From Alphaproteobacteria bacterium (GTDB lineage Bacteria; Pseudomonadota; Alphaproteobacteria; UBA828), in NCBI GenBank assembly GCA_963422645.2, contig OY730417.2, forward strand, positions 1 through 28,078: DNA of 28,078 nucleotides. The letters are read 5' to 3'. The notes below the pieces were generated by a model. The model was not told the origin of the DNA and did not search any database. It saw only the letters and a list, made by a program, of their open reading frames with translations. This document shows, one piece after another, positions 8,250-18,215 of the stretch; positions within the stretch are counted from its first letter, which is position 1, and each line of letters begins with the position of its first letter. Both the position numbers and the translations under genes were made by a program.

Positions 8250-10919
8250 ATGGCGAGGAAGAACTGGATAACTGCTCTGGCGTGCTGCGCGCTTCTGGCG
8301 CTGGGCGCGTGCACGCACAGCGATAGCGATGACGAGAAGGTTAGCAGCGGTGGCGGCCCGCCTCCGGCGGAGAGATCGGTGGCGGACGCGACGCAGGCCC
8401 TGACGGACGCGAAGCAGGCCGTGACCAAGGCGGCGACGGCCTTCGATGAGGCCGATCTGGCCGTGGCGGATGCGCAGACACGCGAGGCCGTGAAGGCCGC
8501 GACCCAGGCCCTGAATGCCGCCGTGGAAGCGGCCGACGCTGCCGTGAAGGCAGCCGGGGACGACGCGGACGCGAGGGCGGAAGCGGAAGTGGCCAAGAAG
8601 GCCGTGGATGATTACAGGGCCGAGAATCCTCTGAATCTGGCGATACTGACCGTGGCCGTGTGGGACGCGGAGGACGCGGTGACCGGGGGCGGTGAGGCCC
8701 TGGAGACGGCCCGGGCGGCGTTGGCGAAGGCCGTGGCGGCCTTGGATGAGGCCGTGGCGGCGTTGCCGGACGGAGACCGGAAGACGGCGCTGACGAAAGT
8801 CGCGGACGACGCGGCCCCCGTTCCGGCGGTGGGATCGGTGGCGGCGGCGGAGACGGCCCTGACGGACGCGAAGGAGGCCGTGAAGGCTGCGGAGACGGCC
8901 CTGAACGAGGCCGTGATAACGGCGTCCGTGACGCCCGTGGCAGTGTCGCAGGCCGATGATGATTCGGCGGCGTCCGCGCCGAAGACCCCGAAGGCCAAGG
9001 CGCGCGAGGCCCTGGAGGTTGCGAAGAAGGCCCTGAATGCCGCCGTGGAAGCGGCCGACGCTGCCGTGAAGGCAGCCGGGGACGACGCGGCCGCGAAGAA
9101 GCTGGCGGATGCGGCCAAGGAGGCCGTGGATGAATACAGGGCGGAGAAGCCTCTGGAGCTGGTGACGCTGACCGTGGCCGTGTGGGACGCGGCGGACGCG
9201 GTGACCGCGGCTGGGGACGATGCGACGGCCGCGCAAAAGACGGCTTTGAAAGCGGCCCAGGAGGACTTGGATGAGGCCGTGGAGGAGCTGGATGACGGGG
9301 CCCTGAAGACGGCGCTGTCGAAAGTCGCGGATGAGGCGGACGAGCTGAGGAAGAGCCTGGCCTGGGCCACGGGCGCGGGGCTTGAGCCGGGCGTGCCGAG
9401 CTCACCGAAGATGGGCGAGGTCACGGTCACCCCGCACTCGCGCATTAAGCCCGCCGACGCGGGAAGCAGCTGGAAGAGGCTGGCTATCCGGGCCGAGGCG
9501 GTTTCCTATGACCCCGACAAGTTCGTGATCTCCCCGGACGGCGACGGCACGACGGACGAGTTGCCCTTGCGGGCGGTCACTGTACGCCAGTTCGACTTCA
9601 TCCAGGGCGAGGACGACGGTAAAAACGGACCCTCCAACACCCGAGGGGAGTTGAAGAGTTCGATCGAGTTGACGGAGGACGGTCTCACGCTGAAGGTCGG
9701 TGGCGAGGCGATCTGGAACGACATGCAGAAGAGGTTCGATATCGGCGAGGCAGTGTGGAGCTGGTTCGACCAAGGTAAGGACGGGATAGAAGGAGACAAG
9801 GATAGAGATGTGTCCACGTCAACAGATTTGACGGGAGACTATGCCGCGGAGCTTGTTGCGGGCGGCGACCTTGAAGGGGCCGCCTTCTCCGATTCCAAAT
9901 CTAGGACGTTGACGGAGAAGGAAAAGGTGGCACTCAACGGCTATGATGAAGACAACGGCACTTGGGTCAAGTGGGATGAGGACGACAACAAACACCTCGC
10001 CGACTGGAACAACGACGACCTGACGATCGCCTTCGGCAAACCCTCGCAAGCCCCCGACGGCAGCGCGGCTTGGTACTGGCGCGCGCGTGTGCCGTTCCAT
10101 GGCGATCAGACTTTCGACGGCGTCAAGGCTTATGAAGGTGTAACGCTCAGCAAGAAGGCGAACCAGGATCTGGGACAGTACGAGCTCTGGCTGTCGAACT
10201 ACGGCGGCTTCCACAAGAATGTGGAGGTGAAGGTGCTTGGCGATGCTACGGATGCGCAAAAGGAGACGCTCAAGAAATTCAACGAGGCAGACAACGAGCA
10301 CCGCCACCTGTCCCATGCGGCCTACGGCCTGTTCCAGTATCTGGACAATGTCGCCTATACGACCGAGTTCAGCCGCTCGCAGGCGTTCCACTTCGGCTAC
10401 GACGCGTTCAAGGATACGTCCAAGAAGTCCGAACTCGCCAAGCCGATCAAGGGCACGTTCGTGGGCCATACCATGGCCCATGTCTTGCTGAGTAAAGAAA
10501 GCAACCAACGCCCCAGCGACCGCCTGGAAACTCTGCGGGGCTCCATCAGGCTTGAGACGTCGATCGGCGGCGACAACGAGATCACGGGCAATATCGAGAA
10601 CTTCGAGCGCTATGGCGCCAGCGGTTGGGGTGGTTACGCGGACCTGCATAGGGTCACACTGACTGATGGCACGATCACGTCCGACGGCTCCTACAAGGGT
10701 ACCGCGACGGCGCAGAATGCTGGTGACGAGGATCAGGGAAAGGTTGGCGGCGGATTTGGCGCCGGCACCTTCTCGGGCAGCTTCTACGGTCCCGTGGGCA
10801 AGGATCTGGAAACGGCGGGCTGGTGGGAGGTTTCCGACCAGAATGGTACCAAGGCTTCGCAGAACCGCATCATCGGCAGCTACGGCGCGGTGTGCACCAA
10901 GGGCTGCGGCGACGACTAA
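8250..10919 (+). CDS. Surface lipoprotein with Ala-rich helical repeats and C-terminal TbpB-like beta-barrel (Slam/T11SS cargo)
   Basis: Lipobox LALGA-C; duplicated ~140-160 aa helical repeat; C-terminal GTFSGSFYGP...ETAGWW...IIGSYGA pattern of TbpB-type barrels; adjacent Slam-like gene. Confidence 0.8.
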   Translation: MARKNWITALACCALLALGACTHSDSDDEKVSSGGGPPPAERSVADATQALTDAKQAVTKAATAFDEADLAVADAQTREAVKAATQALNAAVEAADAAVKAAGDDADARAEAEVAKKAVDDYRAENPLNLAILTVAVWDAEDAVTGGGEALETARAALAKAVAALDEAVAALPDGDRKTALTKVADDAAPVPAVGSVAAAETALTDAKEAVKAAETALNEAVITASVTPVAVSQADDDSAASAPKTPKAKAREALEVAKKALNAAVEAADAAVKAAGDDAAAKKLADAAKEAVDEYRAEKPLELVTLTVAVWDAADAVTAAGDDATAAQKTALKAAQEDLDEAVEELDDGALKTALSKVADEADELRKSLAWATGAGLEPGVPSSPKMGEVTVTPHSRIKPADAGSSWKRLAIRAEAVSYDPDKFVISPDGDGTTDELPLRAVTVRQFDFIQGEDDGKNGPSNTRGELKSSIELTEDGLTLKVGGEAIWNDMQKRFDIGEAVWSWFDQGKDGIEGDKDRDVSTSTDLTGDYAAELVAGGDLEGAAFSDSKSRTLTEKEKVALNGYDEDNGTWVKWDEDDNKHLADWNNDDLTIAFGKPSQAPDGSAAWYWRARVPFHGDQTFDGVKAYEGVTLSKKANQDLGQYELWLSNYGGFHKNVEVKVLGDATDAQKETLKKFNEADNEHRHLSHAAYGLFQYLDNVAYTTEFSRSQAFHFGYDAFKDTSKKSELAKPIKGTFVGHTMAHVLLSKESNQRPSDRLETLRGSIRLETSIGGDNEITGNIENFERYGASGWGGYADLHRVTLTDGTITSDGSYKGTATAQNAGDEDQGKVGGGFGAGTFSGSFYGPVGKDLETAGWWEVSDQNGTKASQNRIIGSYGAVCTKGCGDD
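8397..9338 (+). repeat. Intragenic tandem duplication (~8397-8813 vs ~8856-9338)
   Basis: ALTDAK...ALNAAVEAADAAVKAAGDDA...LTVAVWDA...KTAL.KVAD twice; ~60 nt identical at 8507-8568 and 9029-9090. Confidence 0.9.
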
Positions 10920-10978
10920 GGAGCCCTCCGGAACGTGCCCCTCCTCGGCCCCGGTGGCGGGCGGGGAGGGGCGCCTTC

Positions 10979-11019
10979 AAGACCCGCCGCTTCCCCTCGG
11001 TCGCGGCGGGTCTTTCTTT
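10979..11019 (+). terminator. Rho-independent terminator between lipoprotein and Slam gene
   Basis: AAGACCCGCCGC ... GCGGCGGGTCTT stem followed by TCTTT. Confidence 0.7.
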
Positions 11020-11083
11020 GCCGGACCGCAACCCCGCAGCTGTCAGCGTCGGGGTCCGGGCGCTTCTTTCGGGATGGGCATTG

Positions 11084-12559
11084 ATGACGCTCCTTCGGAC
11101 CTTCCGCGCCGCCGCGTTCGTCGCGCTGACGCTTCTCGTCGCCGCGCCGGGCCTCGCCGGCCCGGAAGGGCCGGAGGCGCCGGAAGACCAAGCAGCCGCG
11201 GTGGCGCGCGGCGAGGCGCTGATCGTCGCCGGCAGGCCGGCGGAGGCGCTCGCCCTGCTGCGGCCCCTGGCCGGGCGCGGGCCCGACGACACCGACGCCT
11301 GGTTCTTCCGCGGCCTGGCGGCCGCGAGCGCGGCGCGCCTGCCGGAGGGCCGGCCCGGTGCGCCCGCGACCGCCGACGGGCGGCGGGCGCTTCGGGACGA
11401 GGCGGAGGCGAGCTACCGCCACGTCCTGGCCCGGCGCCCCGGGCTCGCCGGGGCGAGGCTCGAGCTGTCCCGGACGCTGTTCGAGCGCGGGCGCTGCCTC
11501 GAGGAGCCCGACGACCTGCTGGCGCATCTGCTGGGCGACGACTGCGACGCGGCGGCGCACCACTTCCGGCGCGCCCTGGCGGGCGACCTTCCGGCGACGG
11601 TCGCCGCGGCGGTCTCGCGCTACCTCGCCATCGTGCGGGCGCGCAAGCGGGTCTCCGGGCAGTTCCGCATGGCCGTTGCGCCCGACAGCAACGTCAACGC
11701 CGGCACCGATGCGCGCAGCTTCCGCCTGCGCAGCCTGCCGCTGGAGTTCGAGATCGACGAGGAGGCCCGCGCGACTTCCGGCGTCGGGGTGGTCGTCTCG
11801 GCCTCGGGCGAGTATCTCCATCCCCTGGACCTCCGACCCTTCGGGGAGACGGCGACCCGGCTGCGTCTCGGCGCCGGCCTGTGGCGGCGCGAGTACGGCG
11901 GCAGCCGCTTCGACGACATGACGGCCTCGCTGCACGCCGGACCGGAGGTGCTGTTTCCACGCGGGCGCGCCGCCCTGCTGGCTGTGGCGGACCGGCGCTG
12001 GTACGCGGGCGAGCCTTCGAGCCGCGGTCTCGGCCTGCGCCTCGAAGGCGGGCTGCGCCTCGGCGAGCGCCTGTGGCTCGGCGCCGGCGCCGGGGGGATC
12101 GAGCGGCGCCACCGCAACGGCCCCGCCAGCGACGGCCCCAGGCTCGACCTCGACCTCGATCTGGCCTGGGCGGCGACCCCGGCGGTCACGCTGGGGCTGC
12201 GCGGCGGCTGGCACAGAACCCGCGCGGAGCGCCCGAGCCTGCGCGCCCGTACGGCCAAGGTCGGCGCGTTCGCCGGCGCCGACCTGCCGCCGGTGCTCGG
12301 CGCCGCGGGGTTCGTCGCCGGCCTCTCCCACGACGTTCTGTTCACCGCCTACGACGAGCCGGGCTATACGCTGATCGACCCGGACGCGCGCCGCGACCGG
12401 CTGTCGGTCTCCCGGCTCACCCTCTCCAACGACAAGCTGGAGCTGTTCGGCTTCGCCCCGGCACTGTCGCTGGTCCACGAGCGCCGCTCGTCCAACATCG
12501 CCAGCCTCTTCGACTACCGGCGCAACCACGCCGAGCTCTCGCTGCGCCGGGCGTTCTGA
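11084..12559 (+). CDS. Surface lipoprotein assembly modulator (Slam, DUF560) / type XI secretion outer-membrane protein
   Basis: Signal peptide, TPR-like region (DAWFFRGLAA, ARLELSRTLF), APDSNVNAG motif, amphipathic beta-strands, RSSNI..FDYRRN and terminal Phe. Confidence 0.85.
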   Translation: MTLLRTFRAAAFVALTLLVAAPGLAGPEGPEAPEDQAAAVARGEALIVAGRPAEALALLRPLAGRGPDDTDAWFFRGLAAASAARLPEGRPGAPATADGRRALRDEAEASYRHVLARRPGLAGARLELSRTLFERGRCLEEPDDLLAHLLGDDCDAAAHHFRRALAGDLPATVAAAVSRYLAIVRARKRVSGQFRMAVAPDSNVNAGTDARSFRLRSLPLEFEIDEEARATSGVGVVVSASGEYLHPLDLRPFGETATRLRLGAGLWRREYGGSRFDDMTASLHAGPEVLFPRGRAALLAVADRRWYAGEPSSRGLGLRLEGGLRLGERLWLGAGAGGIERRHRNGPASDGPRLDLDLDLAWAATPAVTLGLRGGWHRTRAERPSLRARTAKVGAFAGADLPPVLGAAGFVAGLSHDVLFTAYDEPGYTLIDPDARRDRLSVSRLTLSNDKLELFGFAPALSLVHERRSSNIASLFDYRRNHAELSLRRAF

Positions 12560-12592
12560 CCCCACCCGCCCCGGCACTCGACCCGAGAGAGG

Positions 12593-12835
12593 CTACCGGG
12601 TGCGACGACCAGGGTGCCCGCCGTCCGCCCTGCGGTAAAAGACTGCCGCGGCGACGGCGCGCCCGCCCGGCCAGGGCGCGTATCGCGGGCATCCCGATCC
12701 GTCGTCCCCGGCCGGAACCATGCAGTCATCCTCCCCGAGCCGGATGGCGCCCGGCGGCGGCTCCCGGGCCGCGGTTTCCGCGCAGCCGCAGAGCGCGATC
12801 GCCAGGGCCGCCGCCGCGCAGCCGTCGAGCCGCAT
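12593..12835 (-). CDS. Small putative lipoprotein
   Basis: MRLDGCAAAALAIALCG-C lipobox; begins 13 nt after the subtilase stop; C-terminus may be frameshifted. Confidence 0.55.
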   Translation of the reverse strand: MRLDGCAAAALAIALCGCAETAAREPPPGAIRLGEDDCMVPAGDDGSGCPRYAPWPGGRAVAAAVFYRRADGGHPGRRTR

Positions 12836-12848
12836 CGATCCCGGCGCT

Positions 12849-15248
12849 TCAGAAGGCCAGGCGTATTTTCGCCGCCGCGCCGAACTCCGGCGCGGCCGAG
12901 TCGTCGTGGCCGGGCCCGATGCGCGCATAGCCGCCGACCGCGGCCGATACGCCATCGCCGCCTTGCATCTCGTACACCGCCTGCAGCCGGATCTCCCGCC
13001 CGCGAGGCGCCAGATCGATGACGCGCGGCGTGTAGCGGACGACCCCGTCGGCCACCTCGCGGTCGGGAATGCCGATGCGGACCGCCGCGCCGCGCGCCCG
13101 GAACGGCGACGACGCGGTCAGCGTGAGCCGGTCCGACGCCAGCCAGAGCCGCTCCGCCTCGGCCCCGACCGCGAACGACCCGGCGCGCGCACTGCCCCAT
13201 TGAGAAACCAGGGACGCCCGCTCCGGTGCGCCGCCGGAAGCGACGCCGCGGCCGAGGCTTCCGAACAGCGTCACACCGCCCGATACGCGGCCCTCGACGC
13301 CGAGGTCGAGAAAGCGCGTCGCGGCGTCCGCCGCGCCCGCGAAAGCCCCCCCGGCCCGGATACCCATCAGCGATCCGCTCTCGCGCAACGCGCCGACGCG
13401 CGCGCCGAGGACGATGCGGCCGCCGAACCGGCGGACGATCCCGAGCGAGGCCAGCCGCGTTCTCGCCGACCCGGAGTAGCCCTCTCCGCGCTTGCCCGCG
13501 ACGTCGATTTGCGTGTCCCCGTCGACCCGCCAGTCGAGGCTCAGTCCGGTGCCGCGCCCGGCGAGCGCCGCGAACGCCGCCGCCGCCCATGCGTCCCGGA
13601 ACACGGCGCGGCGCACCCGCGCGGCGGCGAAACCGTTCGACGACCCGAGCGCATGGACCCCCGGCCCGACGGCGACCGCCAGGTCCGGAGCCGGAGCGAA
13701 ACGCAGGCGCCAGTCGCGCACCGTCCCGCGGTCCCGGTCCGCCGCCGGCCGGCGCGGGTCGAACGCATCGTCCCCGTGCGCGAATTGAAGCGCCGCCTGC
13801 CGCCCCAGGGGCACGATCCGGGACGGTTCGCCGGGCACCGACAGGAAGGCGCGCAACGCCCCTTCCGAGGCGCGTCGCCCGGCCGGCCGGAAGAGCGCGG
13901 CCAGATCGTGGCGGAAGGGGAACATCTGCTCGTCGTACACGACGGCGCCGGCCAGGGCGGCGGCGCCCGAAGGCGCCCCGAAGCCCGGCGGCAGATCGAC
14001 GAAACTGTCCGCCAGCGGAACCATGCCCGCCGCGCCCGCGGGCAGGCTCAGGGACCCGACCGGGCTCAGCGCGGCCCCGAGGTCGAGCGCCCCGTGCCCG
14101 AACGTGTCGGAGATCTCCCGCCCGTCCAGCGGGCGGGCCGTCGCCAGCAGGCGCTCCACGATCCCCGCGCCGCCCTTGTTCGGAAACGCGGCCCACACCA
14201 CCGCGGCCGCGCCGGACACGTGCGGGGCGGCGAAGGACGTGCCGTCGACCCGGCCATACCCGCCGCCCGCCCGCGTAGTCGCAACGCGCTCGCCCGGCGC
14301 GAACAGGCAGTACTCCCTGACCGGGCCGCAGGTGTTGCTGTGGGCGGCCCTTCCCGCGCCGCTCTCGTCGAGTGATCCGACCGCGATCGCGAAGCCCGCG
14401 ATCCCCGGGTCCGCCACATGGGCGGCCGGCGCCCCCAGGGGCCCCCGGCCGTCGTTCGAGGCGCACTCGTCCCCGCCGTCGCCGCAATTGCCCAGGACGG
14501 CGACCATGACCCGGCCCGCCCCGGCCGCGTCCCGCATCGCGCCGGCGATCCGGGGAACGTCGTGAAAACCGGGATAGGCGAAGCTCATGTTGACGATGTG
14601 GGAGCTGGCCGCAGGGTCGGACGACACGCCCCCGTAAGTCCGCGCCAGACCCGCCGCGGACGCGATGGAGGCCGCGACGGCGTCGACCGAACCCGCGTCC
14701 GCGAAGTCCCCCGCGCACCCGCCGCCGATCCCGCAGGTCGCGATGCTCCGCAGGTTCGCGTTCCAGGCAACGCCGTGCACGCCGGAGCCGTCGCGACGCG
14801 CCGCGACGATGCCCGCAACGGGCGTCCCGTGCTCGCGAGACAACAGGGCGCTCCGAAACGCGGTCTCCCCGTCGAACCGGCCGGGCACCAGATCGGAATG
14901 CGAGAAGTCGACCCCGTCGTCCAGCACCGCCACCGTGATGCCCCCGCCGCCGGGCCGGCCCGCGTCGCGGCGCGCGTACCCCCCGCTCGCGTCGATCAGG
15001 GCGAGTCCGGTGGAGCGCCTGTACTCGGCGGTCTCCCACGAGACGCGTCCGCCGGGACGCCGGGGCTCCGCCAGCCCGCCTCCGTGCGAGCGAACCCCGC
15101 TCTCCGGCGACACGGGCGATACAACCGGCGGAGGGCCACTCGGCGGCGGCACGGGCGGAGAACCGCCGCCACCGCCGCAGCCGGACAGGACCGCCGCCAG
15201 CAAGCCCGCAGCCGCCAGCGAAGACAGCCTCTCGATCCGGACAAACAT
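12849..15248 (-). CDS. Lipidated S8 subtilisin-like serine protease with C-terminal beta-barrel (autotransporter-like)
   Basis: Lipobox VLSG-C then Gly/Pro linker; triad VAVLDDG, EHGTPVAG, GTSFAAPHVSG; FGHGALDL; beta-rich C-terminal half ending IRLAF; start chosen at ATG 15248. Confidence 0.85.
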   Translation of the reverse strand: MFVRIERLSSLAAAGLLAAVLSGCGGGGGSPPVPPPSGPPPVVSPVSPESGVRSHGGGLAEPRRPGGRVSWETAEYRRSTGLALIDASGGYARRDAGRPGGGGITVAVLDDGVDFSHSDLVPGRFDGETAFRSALLSREHGTPVAGIVAARRDGSGVHGVAWNANLRSIATCGIGGGCAGDFADAGSVDAVAASIASAAGLARTYGGVSSDPAASSHIVNMSFAYPGFHDVPRIAGAMRDAAGAGRVMVAVLGNCGDGGDECASNDGRGPLGAPAAHVADPGIAGFAIAVGSLDESGAGRAAHSNTCGPVREYCLFAPGERVATTRAGGGYGRVDGTSFAAPHVSGAAAVVWAAFPNKGGAGIVERLLATARPLDGREISDTFGHGALDLGAALSPVGSLSLPAGAAGMVPLADSFVDLPPGFGAPSGAAALAGAVVYDEQMFPFRHDLAALFRPAGRRASEGALRAFLSVPGEPSRIVPLGRQAALQFAHGDDAFDPRRPAADRDRGTVRDWRLRFAPAPDLAVAVGPGVHALGSSNGFAAARVRRAVFRDAWAAAAFAALAGRGTGLSLDWRVDGDTQIDVAGKRGEGYSGSARTRLASLGIVRRFGGRIVLGARVGALRESGSLMGIRAGGAFAGAADAATRFLDLGVEGRVSGGVTLFGSLGRGVASGGAPERASLVSQWGSARAGSFAVGAEAERLWLASDRLTLTASSPFRARGAAVRIGIPDREVADGVVRYTPRVIDLAPRGREIRLQAVYEMQGGDGVSAAVGGYARIGPGHDDSAAPEFGAAAKIRLAF

Positions 15249-15402
15249 CCGGCCTCCGTCGCCCCGTTCCCGCGGGAAGGCTGCGCGAAGGGAGCCCCCG
15301 GAACAAGCTCCATGATCAGGCCTCCGCGAGCACGCGATCTGTCCAGTGCAGACACAAGCTCGACCGGGGGCGCCGACGTGTCCTTGTCGGTCGGCTGCAA
15401 GA

Positions 15403-16674
15403 TCAGGGGATGTTGCACGGAGCGCCGGGTCGACCGGCGTGCTGTTTTTCCTGTGCCGTATCCCGAATCGCGGTCGCATAGACAGCGAGGTCCGATGCGC
15501 GCATCCGGAGACTTCGCGCGATGTCCTTCCAGCCACCCAGTGCAGTCGCGACCTCATCGATGATGGCAGCGGCCCGGCTGGCGTTCAGCGCGAAGTATGG
15601 TGCAGCGCTGCGGGCAAGATCCAGATCGGCGCCCGGTCCTTCTTCCGATATCCAGGTGGTCAGTTCCCGCGCCTTTTCGGTCAGCGGCACCGGGTTCAGG
15701 TCATAGGCCGGCGAAAGGCGCCATTTGTTATCGTGATCGTACAGGAAGCCATGGTTGCGGAGGTGATCGTCGAGATTGCCGACCATCACATTGAAGACGA
15801 TCCGCCTCCACAGCTCATGCAGGTCTTCGGTGGGCGCGCTCGAATACATTCTGATGACTTCTGCGATATCCGTGTAGGTCGCTTCGTCGCCGTCGCTGAG
15901 CCCGAGTAGTGTCATGGCGGAAATGAACGGGATTCTTCCGCCTTCGTCGCGGTCGAACCGCGTGATCAGGGACACCGGCCGACCGGCCACGTCCAGCAGT
16001 GTTGCCTGAGCAACATCGATGCCTGCGCCGGCGGCGAGTGTCATCGCCAGCACTTCGCCATGCGGAATGCTGCGATCGTCGTCGTTCTTTGGAAACTTGG
16101 CGATCGCCAGGCGACCGTCATTGTCGATGACGGCGGATTTGGGGCGGGCGCCGCCGAGGGGCGAGCCTTCGTTCAGCAGAAGTCTCAAGTCCTCGGCGGT
16201 TTCGGTGTTGGACAGTACCGCATCGGCGGCGTCGAGGAGCGCCGGCAGCCGGATCAGGGGAGGAACGCGGTAGCGGCCGATGTTGTGGTCGAAGGTCTCC
16301 TCGCCTTCCCGGCGGTACCGGAGCGCGCCTATTCTCGTCCGGTCGTTGATGGCGAGGAGACAGTCGATCTCGGACAGGGCGCGTTGCTCGCCGGCTTTGC
16401 GAAAGGCGCGCCGTATCAGCTGTTGGCCCCAGCAGTCGGGTGCGGTGTCACGCAGCGCACCTGGCGATGCGGACTTGTTGGAGGAGGTGTATATCTGCCG
16501 GCGTTCCAGCGGCAGGTTCGCCGGATCCAGGGCGAAAGCACCGGCGCGGTCGTGCCACGCGTCGGCGTACTCGAACACCGAGCCTTGGCCGTGTCGCCTG
16601 GCAATATAGTGGCATCGGCCGACGAGGCGTGTCGGACCATTATGGTCGACAAAGACCTCGATGGTGTCGGTCAT
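15403..16674 (-). CDS. hipA: HipA family Ser/Thr kinase toxin
   Basis: GSPLGGARPK, IAKFP, RFDR, GNLDDHLRNHGF, LSPAYDLNP motifs. Confidence 0.9.
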   Translation of the reverse strand: MTDTIEVFVDHNGPTRLVGRCHYIARRHGQGSVFEYADAWHDRAGAFALDPANLPLERRQIYTSSNKSASPGALRDTAPDCWGQQLIRRAFRKAGEQRALSEIDCLLAINDRTRIGALRYRREGEETFDHNIGRYRVPPLIRLPALLDAADAVLSNTETAEDLRLLLNEGSPLGGARPKSAVIDNDGRLAIAKFPKNDDDRSIPHGEVLAMTLAAGAGIDVAQATLLDVAGRPVSLITRFDRDEGGRIPFISAMTLLGLSDGDEATYTDIAEVIRMYSSAPTEDLHELWRRIVFNVMVGNLDDHLRNHGFLYDHDNKWRLSPAYDLNPVPLTEKARELTTWISEEGPGADLDLARSAAPYFALNASRAAAIIDEVATALGGWKDIARSLRMRASDLAVYATAIRDTAQEKQHAGRPGAPCNIP

Positions 16675-17006
16675 GACTGTGGCCGGGCGCGGCGGCGCGG
16701 CTGCACCTTCCTGGGCAGTCGATCCTCGTCGATGTCCAGTCCGAGGGAATCGTCTCGCCGGTCGACCGCCTGGACAAGGCGGTCGGCGAGCCCCAGGATG
16801 GCCAATACGGTTGCGTAGATGCCGATCGAGACCGACGGGTCGCCTCGTTCGACTTTGTAGAGGGTGCCGCGGCTGATGAATGCGCGCTCAGCCATCGAAA
16901 CTGTCGAGATGCGACGCTTCTTGCGGGCGACCGCGATGTCCGCGCCGAGCTTGGCGAGGGCCTGTTTGGCTGCTCTGGGAAGGGCATGTGTCGCCAGCGT
17001 TTTCAT
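16671..17006 (-). CDS. XRE-family HTH antitoxin (HipB-like)
   Basis: LGADIAVARKKRRIS...AERAFISRGTLYKVERGDPSVSIG; ATGA overlap with hipA. Confidence 0.85.
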   Translation of the reverse strand: MKTLATHALPRAAKQALAKLGADIAVARKKRRISTVSMAERAFISRGTLYKVERGDPSVSIGIYATVLAILGLADRLVQAVDRRDDSLGLDIDEDRLPRKVQPRRRARPQS

Positions 17007-17671
17007 CGTATGTCCTATAAAGAACGCAATAGAGGCATATATTGTTCATTACACAAGACATTAGAGGTGGATCAACAGATTTCGGATCTTGACCGCAGCC
17101 GGATGAGCAAGACCATCCCTCGGGTGCGCCGCATATCGCTGCGTGCGTCCCGTCGGTTGGCCCAGGTGGAGGGGCGGGGTGGAAGATCGGGGAAGGTGAC
17201 ATGCAGATTTGCGAGGCTGCGCTTCAAGAACGTACGGCGAGACCCTGGTAGCGAGCGCAGCCGTGTCGCCACCCGACGAGAAGCAGCGCCAGCTGTGGTG
17301 AGACGGTAATCACCTGGGGCAGTCTGGGCCGCCGGCGCACACTGAATGGGGAGACCCAGGCGGAGCTGATCGCCTGCGCGATCGAGAGCGCAATGCGCGA
17401 GGCGTTGCGCGCCCTCATCGTCGACTCTCGCGGGAAGGTGCGCCCGAACGAGCGCACGAAGCTGTTGTGGCTCTCGGCGGCGTGTCTCGTGGACCCGCGC
17501 GGAAGCCGGCAAGCGCTTGTGGAGGCGGCGGACGATCCTGACTTTCCCGGCCATGTCCGGGAGGCGACAGGGCGCATGAACCGCTACGCCGATGCGCCGC
17601 TCGAGGTCGTGTCCCCGGGCGTGGTGTAGGAGGGAGGCTCCTGTAGACGGACAGAAGTCTCTGTGAATCGG

Positions 17672-17720
17672 TGGAAGGAGGCGGAAGGATACGGAAGGAT
17701 ACGGAAGATGGCGGTAGGTA
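17672..17720 (+). repeat. Short degenerate 10-bp tandem repeat
   Basis: GGCGGAAGGA TACGGAAGGA TACGGAAGAT GGCGGTAGGT. Confidence 0.6.
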
Positions 17721-17856
17721 AAGGGGATGGGTGGCGGGGTCGTCGGCGTGCGGCGCTCTGCGGGCGGACGAAAGTCTTTGCGGCGGTTTCGGGTGCCGGT
17801 TCGGGGGCAAATCCCGGTGCGAGGCGGGTGCCCGCCTCGCCCGGTCTACGATACCG

Positions 17857-18194
17857 GCGCGCCGCGGGTTGCGTGCGATCTCTTCGTCGGAGAACGGCTT
17901 TCGTCCGGGGTTCTCGACCTCCCGGCTTTCCATCCATGGCAGCGACTGGCATCCGCAGTTGATCGTCTTGGCGGCGGGTCCGGCGGGATCGCGGGGGTAC
18001 ATGAGCGTGGCGCCGCCGACGCTGAAGGGCCTGGCGGTTTCCCTGATCTGTCCGTCGACGGCGTCGTGGGCGATGCGGCTTCCGGGCTTTCCGGAGCGTC
18101 GCCACTGCTTCTTCAGCCCCGGCAGGACCTCGGCGGCCTGTTCCATGCGCTGCTGTGCGGCCATTGAGAAGGCGCGGCCGAGCTGGGTGTTGAA
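17857..18194 (-). pseudogene. Phage head morphogenesis (MuF/SPP1 gp7-like) C-terminal fragment
   Basis: TQLGRAF...LKKQWRRSGK..SRIAHDAVDGQ...LMYPRDP..PAAKTINCGC motif; no N-terminus. Confidence 0.75.
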
Positions 18195-18215
18195 GGGTCT
18201 GCGAGGGCGGCGGTG

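Noticed and set aside
8397-9338. Diversity-generating retroelement TR/VR pair
   Set aside because: No reverse transcriptase; differences between the repeats are not adenine-specific and both lie in frame within one gene
10666-15306. Long alternative ORFs (10666-12930, 10916-12577, 12514-15306, 12720-14375)
   Set aside because: Arg/Pro/Gly-rich shadow frames of high-GC genes that overlap well-supported CDSs
17043-17630. Genes between hipB and the MuF fragment
   Set aside because: Only short ORFs without recognisable motifs; 17345-17629 may be a gene remnant but cannot be assigned
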